A stretch of DNA of 60,852 bases, the filler included, from Nemertoderma westbladi (Eukaryota; Animalia; Xenacoelomorpha), in assembly GCA_032718475.1 (NCBI GenBank). It is 3 parts of 3 records of this genome, joined end to end, with 100 filler letters (N's around TTAATTAATTAA, not from the genome) between each part and the next. Parts side by side here need not be neighbours in the genome. Positions count along the whole stretch, not along the records: positions 48,319 to 60,852 come from JAUCBJ010001078.1; 2 more parts are not named here. The stretch is one strand, 5' to 3'. A program made the position numbers and the translations under genes. Of this stretch, positions 49,978 through 60,852 are shown one piece after another (position 1 is the stretch's first letter; the number at the start of each line of letters is the position of its first letter). The notes beneath the pieces were generated by a model, which ran no database searches, was not told the origin of the DNA, and saw only the letters and a program-made list of their open reading frames with translations.

Positions 49978-50312
49978 GTCAAACTTTCAGATAGTGGCGT
50001 AAAATTAACCTCAAGTTAAGAAGTGATCTCCAGCGCAAATTTACCGCAAGTAAAATATAATTTCGGTTATTGTTTTGGTTAGAAAGCGCCACTGTAGCCT
50101 GCTGCTTTGCCTTTATGTTTTCAATAAAATTTTAACTTAATTTTCTAAACCCACCGTAAACACACATACCGGTAGTTGGAATTTGCGGTCATTTTGCGCC
50201 ATTAACTCCAAACTTCATATTAATTCATCAGTCCCTTAACATATTATTATTGTTATTTTTCATTATTGTTTTATTTTGTTGCAGGACATTTCGACTATTA
50301 AAAAAGCGGAAG

Positions 50313-52137
50313 ATGGGAAATCTATACACAGTGCCAGCACATGTATCATTTCCAGTTAATTTGTTCTATTTTTATATCTTTAAAAACGAAATGCTTAAGA
50401 CAGAGACCTTTATTAAAAATCCAACGGAAATCTATTCGTATTATTTCGATCTTACAAACAGGACCTACGATTATTGTCACGACCAGGCTCTAGAAGGCGA
50501 ACGAGTTATTACTAACCGTTTGTCCACTTTTTATTGGATAGCAACAATTCTTACTTGCATTGCCAATGCAGTTGTTATTTTTTCTATCAGTTTTAACAAG
50601 TCTATGAGGAATCCTTCTAACGTATTGGTTTGCTTGGTCGCCGCAACGGATTTAGTAATTGGCTTTATTGTGATGCCATTAATGTTATACTCCCGTTATT
50701 ACAAGATGTCGACTGAACATAACGCATTTACATGTCAGGTAAGCACATCAGTGGCCGAATGGATAGGCCTACAGCACCTAAACAGCTTCACAATAGTTTT
50801 TAGCGGATATTTCGTACAGTTTTATCACAAGTAAGTAAAGTTACTTTAGACCATAAGTATTCAATGGGAACCTGGATGAGTAGATAAATGGTTAGATATT
50901 TATTTTGTGTTCAACATTGGGAGTTAGCGTGGCGCCCTCAATCAATGCCTTACAGGTAACAGCCAAGAGAGAGAAGCCTTAGGGTTCGACGGTGTTTCTA
51001 GTTTCACACAAACCGATTACTTTACTTTTAAGGCAAACAATAATTTATAGGTTTTTTACAGAAATATTGACAAACTGTGTAACTCTTACAGGAAAACATG
51101 GAATTAGCACGCAAGAAATTTCTTTATTTATTAAGGATGGCAAATAGACACTTTAATCATGAAGATTGTCTTCTACTATACTTTTATTAGCAGTGCTGTT
51201 TACGTAGAAAAATATAATAATTAGCAAACCTTCCAGAACATGAGAGGTGGCAATGAGTGATTCTATTGGTTCCCGGTCTCCCTTGTCATGTCATAGACAC
51301 TGCGATTTAGTAAGAGACCAACAATCCCAACTCATAAATACATGAAGCCAAGGTTTATAAAATACATTTATATCTTATACTTATATTATTTTTCAGATGC
51401 CAGAATATATAGATTATTTCTCGATATATAGCAGTTCCTATCTCATGGTATTTATTGCTTATGATCGGTTCCGGGCCATTATCACACCGACACATCCGAG
51501 ACCTACAAACAAAGTTATAGCCGCATGGGCCATTTTCTGTTGGATAATTTCTCTTATATTTGCTCTAGAAATGTTTTTCTCTTATAAACTTAAAACTACA
51601 GACAAACTTATTGCATGTAATGATAATAATGTCAATGATTTCAGTAAGGATGTTGACATGGTTTTCGTTGGTTACGCATACGATTCTCCCGTAGCAACAA
51701 GGTGTACTGCATTTAATCCACTTGGGTTCAAAAATTCATTTAATTTGGAAAGCAGAGCTCTAAAAGTGTCCCATTCATTTCTCCTTTGCTTTTTGCCTAG
51801 CATTTTATGCATTATTTTTTACATCCCTATTATATTCAAATTATCAAAAACATCTCAAACAGGAAATAAGGCTAGAGATGCACAAAACAGAAAAATTGTT
51901 GCCACTTTAATTGCTATATTTGTTTGTTTCCAAGCAACCATTGGCCCCCAGGAATACACAAATACAGCTAAATCTCTGCTCCCAGAAGGCATGGGCATAG
52001 CGGTTGATACGAGATCGGTATTAACATTACTATTCCATTGCAACAGTTTTGTAACGCCAATTATTTACTGTTGCACAAACACAACATTTAGGAAATTGGT
52101 CATAACTAAGATTAGAGGGTTTGCTGCAAAAAAATAA
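50313..52137 (+). CDS. Rhodopsin-like (class A) GPCR, two coding exons (50313-50738, 51397-52137)
   Basis: TM1 ANAVV, MRNPSNVLV..AATDL..MP (TM2), TM3 Cys, IAYDRFRAI (DRY variant), TM5 FLP, TM7 HCNSFVTPIIY, helix-8 FRK; phase-0 GT-AG intron. Confidence 0.85.
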
Positions 52138-52311
52138 ATATTTGACCGTCATTGATGTAATCAGACTTTACATTATTTAATCTGGGTAGATTATATAATG
52201 TTAATTAAGTCTGATTACATCAATCACAACGACTGTGTTATATACTGCTGATATCAACAACTAATAATATGTTTTAATAATATATAAAAGATATAGGCCC
52301 TAATATATTTA

Positions 52312-52700
52312 TGTGATAAATTTGTGAAATAAATAAATATATTTGGTTTGATTAATATATATATATACTTGTGATAAATATGTGAAATAAATAAATATAT
52401 ATGGTTTGATTAATATATATATATACTTGTGATAAATATGTGAAATAAATAAATATATATGGTTTGATTAATATATATATATACTTGTATTAAATATGTG
52501 AAATAAATAAATATATTTGGTTTGATTAATATATATATATACTTGTAATAAATATGTGAAATAAATAAATATATTTGGTTTGTTTAATATATATATATAT
52601 ACTTGTGATAAATATGTGAAATAAATAAATATATTTGGTTTGATTAATATATACTTGTGATAAATATGAGAAATAAATAAATATATTTGGTTTGATTAAT
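52312..52700. repeat. AT-rich tandem repeat of about 58 bp
   Basis: About 7 units of TGTGATAAATATGTGAAATAAATAAATATATTTGGTTTGATTAATATATATATATACT. Confidence 0.9.
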
Positions 52701-53294
52701 AATCAATGTTTTAGATATTGCAACCACTTAAACTATTTATAGAAAAATTGAACGTGTTTGTTTAGCAAAAAAATGCTGTAGGCCTAATACTAGAACGCCA
52801 TCAAGATGGCTTTAAACGAACCTGTCTTACACGGACTCCAAGAAACAGATGGGATTGGAAGATGCAAACCAAGAATGACTTGCATCAACCAAAAAGCTGC
52901 CTCCCATCTAATGTAATACACATTCGCCTAGGCAAACAAATCATAATCACAATTATTGCGATGTGTGAAATGTTATCCTTATCCGCAACCTGGGAAATGG
53001 CCCAAAAGAGCTATAATGGATTTCTCGTGCTCCTTAGCACGATAAGCTCCCTAAACGGCTTTGTATCTCTAAAAGTTCCAAGGGGTGCTATATATTTCCC
53101 TTATTGTTTTGGTTCCCGGCTGATATAAAATTTCCCACTCGAACACGGTCCTTCAATGACTTGTTATTTACGGACAACCACAACCTTTCAATATAGTGCA
53201 AAAGCAAAGTGATTTCTGTTCTTCCCAAATGTATATTGCTCCCTTCTGGTGTTCTGGCATATAAAAATAGTGTACTGTATAACACCGTAGAAAA

Positions 53295-54200
53295 GCCTCT
53301 GGGATGAGGAAACAGGAGAAACCGGGTGGGGGTGCTTTGGGTCCGTATATTATTATCCAAAGTGATCAAAATAATCAAATAATCCAAAATATAGAAAAAT
53401 ACAGTATTTTTAGTCGTTTCGTTATGCTAAAAATACACTGAAAAAAAATATATATATAGGTTATAGAAAAAGGTCACAGAAAACATCTTAAAACAAAGGT
53501 TTTGGAAAAATCGTAGAACGTCTATAGGCAGTGAAAAAGTCGTAATAAACTTGGTGCAGCTTCACGCTATTGGAACTTGCCGATAGTGCAGAACACCAGG
53601 TTACCGTCTGAGTCCAAACAGAGTGGGACTGATTGGACGCAAACGGTTAGCTGTTTCTTTGCCCTCAAAACTATGCGGTTGATCCTGGTGAGCCTGGGAT
53701 AAACCATATAGCCAGCGGACAGAGTGCACCAGCACTACCGTAACTGACAGAGTCGAAGCCTATAGGGACACTGCTACTTTGCCCCCAAAACTAAATAGTC
53801 GGTCCTGAGACGAACTAAGTATCCAGTGGACAGAGTGCGCGAGCGCTCTGGGGCTAGTTAACCAGCAAAACTCAGTTCTTTAGGTGGAATCGTCTTACCT
53901 GCCCAGCGACCGCAAAGCCGTGTTAGGGCCTGGTCTGGGAACAAAGACGCGCCCTCTACCTTGGAGCAGAGCTCACTTTAAGGCTAGTCGCCAGAACTCA
54001 GTCCTTTAGGCGGAATCGTCTTACCTTCCCAACGACCGCGAAGCAGTGTTAGAGCCCGGTCTGGGAACAAAGACGCCCTCTACATTGGAGCAGAGCCCAG
54101 TTTAGCTGCCGAGGCGGCCAACTGTTAGGCTGGTTGTTGGGACTGACTTTTCCACCCAAATGCGGCCCCCTTTAAACCCGGTGTGGGGTCGATATGAAGT
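53295..54200. repeat. Dispersed repeat (homolog at 19395) with an internal duplication of about 125 bp
   Basis: Duplicated block AACTCAG..GGAATCGTCTTACC..GGTCTGGGAACAAAGACG..TTGGAGCAGAGC at about 53868 and 53995. Confidence 0.55.
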
Positions 54201-54214
54201 TGACCCCTGATTAT

Positions 54215-55030
54215 ACTAATAATAATAATAATACACAATTTCTTATTATGCGCCCTTTTCTCAAGGTTCAAAGGCGCAGTAGTAAAAACAGTTAGAAAGT
54301 CAGTTGGAGGCCCTTCTTTATTATAATAAAATGTTTTGAGTTGAGTTTTGAATGATTCTAAATTAGTGCAAGTTCTTAAGCTATGGGGCAGCATGTTTAA
54401 ATGCACGGGAACCTACCGTCTTTAAGTTGTATCTTGGGACCAATAAAGTCCACAGTTGTTGGGTTCTAGTCGGGTTGTATTTTGGAGTCAACAGTTCTAA
54501 AATGTAAGGCGGGGCGAGACCATTAAGTGCCTTCCACGGCATGAGTGTAATCTTGTACTCGATACGGAAGGTGACCGGCAACCAGTGAAGAGTTCGTAAA
54601 GAAGGGGTGATGTGAGACCGAACAGGTTGACCTGAAATAAGGCGAGCGCAGCTATTAAGTGCAAGTTGTAGTCTGTTGAGGGACACAGTTGGTAGATTAT
54701 ACAGGAGACTGTTGTTTTGATTGATACGTGATATTATTAGAGCATTGACAAGCTTCTTCAGATTATCAGAAGACAAAGTGTTCTTTAATTCGAAGTATGT
54801 TCCTGTTCCTGAGGTGAAAGTTAATAGATGCTGTGAGAGTTTTAATGTGATCGGCATATTTAGCTGACTATCGAAGCGAACTCCAAGGGTTGTTACAGTG
54901 GATAGGGATTGAATTATCTTGCCGCCTAGAGAGACTGAGAATTCTGATGCAAAGCTCAAGAAATCATTGCCGCGTCCAAGTAGTAGGATATCTTTCTTGT
55001 CATCATTCAAGAACAAGTGAAATGACAGCT
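54215..55030 (-). mobile_element. L2/CR1-group LINE 3' fragment
   Basis: LGVRFDSQL, LIISRINQNNSLL, RSHITPSLRTLHWLPVTFRIEYKI, LNGLAPPYI, GSRAF; (ATT)n tail. Confidence 0.85.
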
Positions 55031-55061
55031 GGATTTGAAATTAATACTCCATATCTCAAGA

Positions 55062-55158
55062 ACCTGTGGCCTAGTGGTTGTTGTCTCGGCTTCCACCTCG
55101 AGGTCCCAGGTTCGAATCCGACACCACGCTGATGAGACCCAGTAAGGTCGAACGTGGT
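55062..55158 (+). mobile_element. tRNA-derived SINE-like head followed by a degenerate hammerhead ribozyme core
   Basis: A box TGGCCTAGTGG (55067), B box GGTTCGAATCC (55109), then ACCACG-CTGATGA-GACC-cagtaa-GGTC-GAA-CGTGGT. Confidence 0.55.
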
Positions 55159-55349
55159 TTGGAGAAATATGAGATATTAATTTCAAGTAAAATTACGAGA
55201 TTCCTAAATTTGTACACTACCCGGTTAAAAAGTACACATGTGATGGGATTAGTCCTACAATTGTGCCAATAGAAGATAAGTTATTTTTGGTAAAATAAAC
55301 TTAATCATTCGAGGTTAAGACCCCTAGCCTTCCTATAATAAATATATAA

Positions 55350-55821
55350 GAACAGGTGAAGTTCGTCGAGTTGGAATTTGATGGCTTGAATGCAATTTGT
55401 TATCGAAGCTTTTAGTGCCAATGAGTCAAAGCAGTCGAAAATTATGAAGATCTGGTTGTCGTTAGTGTAGATGTGGTTATCACCTAAACAGAGTTTGTCT
55501 TTCTAGTGCAGAGATTTTACGTTCAAACCATGTAAAATATAATTAATACGTGCTTAGACTGACCAATAACTGATTATTAATGAACGGCAATCAAAACTTG
55601 TTTCAAAACTTTCGCCAATCATTCAAGGTTTATCCACAGAGGATGTATTATACTATTTGTCAAACATTTCTACAGTCAAATCAGTAGATTGTTCAACGGG
55701 AAGGTTAAATGTGGCGATTAACTAATCTGCCTGATATTATCTTTGGCGGTGTCTATATTCCACCGAAAGAGTCCCCTTATTTCGATGCTAATCTATTTGC
55801 GGAAATACACCGGAACCTCCA
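55350..55821 (+). mobile_element. Degraded LINE APE endonuclease fragment interrupted by the LTR
   Basis: WRLTNLPDIIFGGVYIPPKESPYFD (YIPP motif typical of LINE APE domains). Confidence 0.45.
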
Positions 55822-56980
55822 TGTAAAAGCTTTTGCGTCATTAACCGGTTATTTTCCCTTAAAGTACTCTATAGTTGGTTTGCCAGGCATAAAAAGGCCG
55901 TGTCCTTGCCGTACTGGTGTTTTAGAGGACATAAAAGTCATTTCTTCTGTATTTGTACTGTATTTGTACTTTAGAGGACATAATCCGCAATCTCGTGACG
56001 CGATAAGCTAGATACTCTTGAAAACAGTGTCGCTACCATGACGACGGCTAACAGCTGATATTGCCACGTCGACATTTCTTTGTTTCTTTGTTCTCTCGTT
56101 GTTCGGTTGACCAATCAGAGCGTTTTTTGTCTCTGTGTTGGAGGTGTATACAGAACTCAGTAGTTCAGTGTATTATGTTTTTGCCCAGAGCCTAAGAACA
56201 TCGGCTTTTGGCACCTCCGTATATCAGCATTCTTTAGCTTTACATTAGTAGGCTTAATTATAGAACGTATATCTGTTATCGAACCATATCTGTTACCAAA
56301 CGAATTCATACCTTAACTTTACTGCTTTTACTGTCGGTTATTCATTATATTGGTTGATGAAATATTATATCGGAATACTGATCGATAGTCAGATACCCCA
56401 CCTTCTTGATATACTAAAGGTTAGAGAGACCGGTTACAGATAAACGATTGCGACCAATGTTAAGTGGTTTGAAGTGAATCTAATGCTATTTCATATGCCC
56501 AACATAAATTGTCTGTTGCTCTCTTTATACGTGACTAAATTTAGTGAAGGTCGGCAGATTAGTGTGCAGTATTGTGCAGCATTGTGTATGAGTGTAACTG
56601 ATAACAAAGCATCTCCTAAAGAATGCGCCATATACGTGAATCTATAGCCTTTTAGTTGTGTCTAGTTTAAGTCATAACTCTGTTTACATATTTAGAGCGC
56701 CACGTCCTAAAGGAACTGTTGATATTTCCCGAAAGTGAATAATATTTGTCAGAGATTATATATTACGATCAGTCGAATAATACGGTAGGCTTACACTATC
56801 AATCATTAAGCTCCGAACTCAGTCTCCCGGGTATATCCAACGGGTGAATGATTGCGCATAGACTGGCTTCGGCTAATGTAGTGTATCAAATACTCGTAAT
56901 AAAGCTAAAGAATATATATCATCTAAAAGACATTCTAATTTGGCAGGTTAAACTGTCAAAGGTCTTCAAAAGCGCAAACA
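55822..56980 (+). mobile_element. 5' LTR (about 1.16 kb, TG...CA) of an LTR retrotransposon extending beyond the window end
   Basis: TGTAAAAGCTTTTGCG...AGCGCAAACA; collinear with 10991-12155; followed by a PBS-like site, a long leader and a gag-like ORF. Confidence 0.75.
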
Positions 56981-56992
56981 ATAACAGATATA
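56981..56992 (+). promoter_or_regulatory. Putative self-priming primer-binding site
   Basis: ATAACAGATATA is the exact reverse complement of LTR-internal TATATCTGTTAT (56268-56279); there is no TGG-starting tRNA PBS after the LTR. Confidence 0.5.
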
Positions 56993-57259
56993 GCTTCTGG
57001 ATTGCGGTGTAAGCAATCCAGTCTAAAGTACCGGTCGACCGGTAACCAGTAGGCCTGACTGCCTGATCATCCGAACCGGTACTTACAGTACTAGTACAGG
57101 TACAGCAGTATTATTCGATTTGATTATTATATGCCGGTAGGTCTTAATAATTAATCGGGGACGCCTGGTTTTTATTGGGATTTTACTTAGGCCCATTTCT
57201 GTCAGTTTTATTTATTTGTAGGCCAGTATTGAGCAGAAGGCGTGTAAGCCTGCTCAGAT

Positions 57260-57830
57260 TGTACAGATAATTTGTAGGCTTGACTGTTGGCTAACTGTTG
57301 ATTAGGTCTGAACGGATTGCAGTGCATGTAGAGTGTATGTCCGATAAAGCACGGTTAGGAAGTAGGGGCAGCCATAGCTGTAAGGTAAACCCCCATCTAA
57401 AGAATAAGTCGTACTACTGGGTTAGAACGCATACTACTTAACCATTTCGGAGTCTGCATGTCCTGTGGTTTATTTAGGCTTGATAGTAGTCTGCCATCGT
57501 TTAGTCTGTACTTTGTTTGTGTAGTCTGTACGGGTAGCGTATAATTTTATTTAGATAATTTGTAGGCTGGATAGTTGTCTGGCTGCTGTTGGGTTTGAGG
57601 AAATTTCGGTGTGTGTAAAGCATATGTCCGATAAAGAATGGTTAGAAAGTAGGGGCAGCCATAGCTGTAAGGTAAACCCCCATCTAAAGAATAAGTCGTA
57701 CTACTGGGTTAGAACGCATACTACTTAACCATTTCGGAGTCTGCATATACCGTAGTTTGTTTAGGCTTGATAGTAGTCTGTCAGTATTTGGTCTGCATTT
57801 TGTTTGAGTGGTTTGTACTCGTAGCGTAAT
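57260..57830. repeat. Direct duplication of about 290 bp in the retroelement leader
   Basis: AAGTAGGGGCAGCCATAGCTGTAAGGTAAACCCCCATCTAAAGAATAAGTCG... occurs at about 57360 and 57647. Confidence 0.85.
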
Positions 57831-59171
57831 ATTTATTATTCAGAGTTTATGCTATTATTCGCAACATTCATATCCCCAAGTTTATTCCTACAGTAATTGT
57901 GTTTGTTATACATACCGTTATAGTTAAACTAACCCCGGTACTACATCAGGGCTGCTCGGCGTAGGTAAAGACTGGAGATTTTGTGCTTTGGTCACTCCGG
58001 CAGATACCGTGGTTCTTTTAGCTGTTCAAGTATTTTTAACTACTGATTATTTGTTATACAAGTACTTGTACCTAATTTAGGGCTTAGTGTACAGTGCTTT
58101 CCGAAAGCAATTAGTGTGTAGGCAGTGTATTTGTGTTGTAAAGTGGTTAATAGGCACGTTGGTTCTGGTAGACCGCGGTAATTAATCTCTAGGTAGGGAC
58201 ACTCCGTGATACATAACGTAGTACCTATAGCGATATGGTTATAGGTCGTCAGGCGGTGGTATTTTCCTATCTGGACAACGCAGTATATTTACTACTACTT
58301 ATTATTTTCAAATACCGTAGTAACCTGTCCGTTGTAATAACCAGATATTCTAACCCTTTGTTAGGCTGGTTAGTAGACTTCTTGTAAAATTACCCTAAAA
58401 ATTCGTATTTGTGTATTTGTAATTAAATTTTTGTGTTTATTTAGATATTGTAATCTCAACCCGAATTGTACGTAATTTGTAGTATTAAGTAACTTAGGTA
58501 AATTAGAGTTATTTGTTTTAGTGTCTAACAAGTAGCACTCCACTGAGAGCGCACAGCTTATGTGTAGTGACTCCCCCAGAAATAATAACATTTATTTCAA
58601 ACATTGACAAAACCCATTAAACGGGTATATATATATTATAAATCAACTCAAACGATTTATAAATAGTAGGCCTGCCATACAACAATTAGGTCTCAATATC
58701 AGTTGGACTACTGCTCAAATAACGGCAATAAAGTAAGTTAAAGTAACCAAGTAACCCTTAAAATTCAGAAATTCAATTATTCTAAAATAATTGACATACC
58801 GGTATTTACAATAGGCTTATTATATTTATTTCTATAAATTTTAGGTTGAAATCATACCGGTATTCTGTAATTAATTCTAGTCTGTAATTATACTTATATA
58901 TATACATTATAAGTGTAAACTACATACCGGTATCCACGATAGGCCTATTATATATTTATATATTTGTGCTGAAATCATACCGGTATTCTGTAATTAACCT
59001 AGTCTGTAATAATACTTATATACCCTAAGTATACCGGTATTCTAATATTATATATCACGCTACACTGAGTAGCAGTATCGGTAATTAATTACTAGGCTAG
59101 CAGTTAAGGCTGAATTACTAGACTTGCTTAGACTGTAATATAGCAGTAGGCATTCAACTGTGCAAACAAAC

Positions 59172-60852
59172 ATGTCTGATACTAAGCAGAACCTGTCAGA
59201 CAGTTTATTAGATGTAACTATCTGCGACTCAGATAAGGGTGTAGAACCGTCCACACCTAAATTCAGTTCACCTCCCACTGTGAGGAAAGTCATCCCTCCA
59301 GTAGTAATAGCAGAACCTAGGCTAGTCCAACATCGTAGGTCTATCATAGGCACTCGAGCCCAGGTCAAGCGGGACCAAGAAGCAGCGGAACAGCAACAAC
59401 CCGCGAGCCAAAAACTTATTTCTCAGCGGCCCGACAGCTCCAGTAGTGAAGATACTGTAGAGCTGACACCCGAGCGCGGAGCAAGGATGACGGATGTGGT
59501 TTATTCGGATCCCCTTCTCATCCTTCCTGCAGCCGTACTCACTAGGTTATTGATCGCGGTGGAAGAACACCAGATCGATTGGGCGAGAAGTAAGCGATCA
59601 ACTAAAGATAGTTATGAGGGATACACAAGGGAAGAACTGAAGTCTATGGTCGAGTCGCAATGGAACTTCCCCGGACCCGGACTCCCGTTTGATTTATCAG
59701 AAGCTGCCTGGGAAGACATACACCGGATGGGAGTAGCCAAGGAAACCATCGATCCAGCTGTATGGAAGAGGTCCGCATCCGGATACACACAGGGATTCTT
59801 CAGCTCTATGGAGCGAGTAGAAAAACAACTGTTTCAACAACCTCAAGGACCTCAAGAGCAGGGACAACTGCTTTATCAAGTTAGATAAAGAATTCTGCGA
59901 ATTAGGGTAATCTTATCGGCCTTTGAGGAGGCTTCTAAAAGAAGACAAGACACGTCGTTGCAAGTTGCCGTAAAGACTTGGTTTCAACGGGTGAGTCGCC
60001 AGGTTCAAGGAACAGCTCAGTGGAAAGCTCAGCTGGAGGAGCGCTCAACCCATGGAGAATCAACAGACGCTACTTTTTCCCAAGTGGAAAGTGAAGCGAC
60101 AGCAGAGAAACCGCATAAGAGGGATGCCATTGACATCTATCTGTCAGACTATCAGCGTTTTTTGGGAGATGAAGAGTTAAGGAGAAGGCTAGATGGACTT
60201 AGCCCTAATAGTGAAGGAGCCCAGCGTGTGTTGGACGCAATCGATGTGGATAGGTTAGCTGCGAACCAAGCTAAATTCAATGAAAGCATCCGCATCGCTA
60301 AGGTTCAAGAAGAACAAGTAAAGAAAAAACGTATAGAAGATAGAAAGAAAGCGGCAGAGGCAGCGGCAGAGGCAAAAGCGGCAGCGGCAGAGGCAAAAGC
60401 GGCAGCTGCAGCAGTAGAAGCCGAAAGAAAGGCGGCCGAAGCGGAAAGAAAGGTGGCAGCTGCAGCAGTAGAAGCCGAAAGAAAGGCGGCCGAAGCGGAA
60501 AGAAAGGTGGCAGCTGCAGCAGTAGAAGCCGAAAGAAAGGCGGCCGAAGCGGAAAGAAAAATAGCAGTGGCAGAAGCAGAACGAAGGGCATCTGAAGAGA
60601 CAACCCAACTAGAGTTGGAAAATCTTCAAGAGAGACAAGACAACTTTAATAAACAGTTAACAGCTAGTAATATGCAGATGATGAATCGATCTACTCCCAA
60701 AAGACAGGGTTATACATCATCTGAGGAAGGCGATACCACCGACACTGAAGGCGGAGGAAATCGATCTCGCCTAAGCAGACGTAAAAGAACATCCCACCGT
60801 CAGAAATTGCCTGATTTGCCTCCAGCTGTTAGAAGGCAACTAAATAACAACT
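59172..60852 (+). pseudogene. Gag-like ORF of the LTR element with an Ala/Glu/Lys coiled-coil; one in-frame TAA; runs off the window
   Basis: ATG at 59172; the frame stays open after TAA 59886-59888 to the window end; three 54-nt repeats encode AAAAVEAERKAAEAERKV. The gag call rests on position only. Confidence 0.55.

Noticed and set aside
53870-54200. HDV-like ribozyme in the duplicated GC-rich block
   Set aside because: Could not build the nested double pseudoknot by eye; would need a covariance-model search.
10991-56980. One giant LTR element bounded by the two LTRs
   Set aside because: The LTRs are too diverged, lie on different contigs, share no TSD, and their internal sequences face outward (PPT-like tract before the first, PBS and gag after the second).

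Overview
AT-rich invertebrate animal genomic DNA made of three contigs (1-18977, 19078-48218, 48319-60852) joined by 100-nt artificial N/TTAATTAATTAA spacers. Contig 1 is mostly transposon and virus remnants. It holds a frameshifted negative-strand RNA virus nucleoprotein (most like chuvirus/Jingchuvirales N) between two decayed SGNH-hydrolase ORFs, one ending in a histone-type 3' stem-loop. It also has a TTAA piggyBac-type MITE, an RTE LINE carrying three nested insertions, the 3' end of an LTR retrotransposon with an extra CCHC ORF, an RTEX-like fragment and a piggyBac transposase pseudogene. Contig 2 is the motor-domain part of an axonemal dynein heavy chain gene (DNAH14-like, about 19 exons, + strand). 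Its introns contain an antisense DBD-only nuclear receptor, an antisense intronless CYP46-like P450 and several satellites; one satellite is an amplified copy of one of the gene's own AG|GT splice junctions and a second probably is. Contig 3 has a 5'-truncated RTE LINE, a two-exon class A GPCR, an L2-like fragment and a tRNA-like head followed by a degenerate hammerhead core. It ends in the 5' part of an LTR retrotransposon whose primer-binding position is complementary to its own LTR (Tf1-like self-priming), followed by a coiled-coil gag-like ORF. All family assignments come from motif recognition by eye; no database searches were run.
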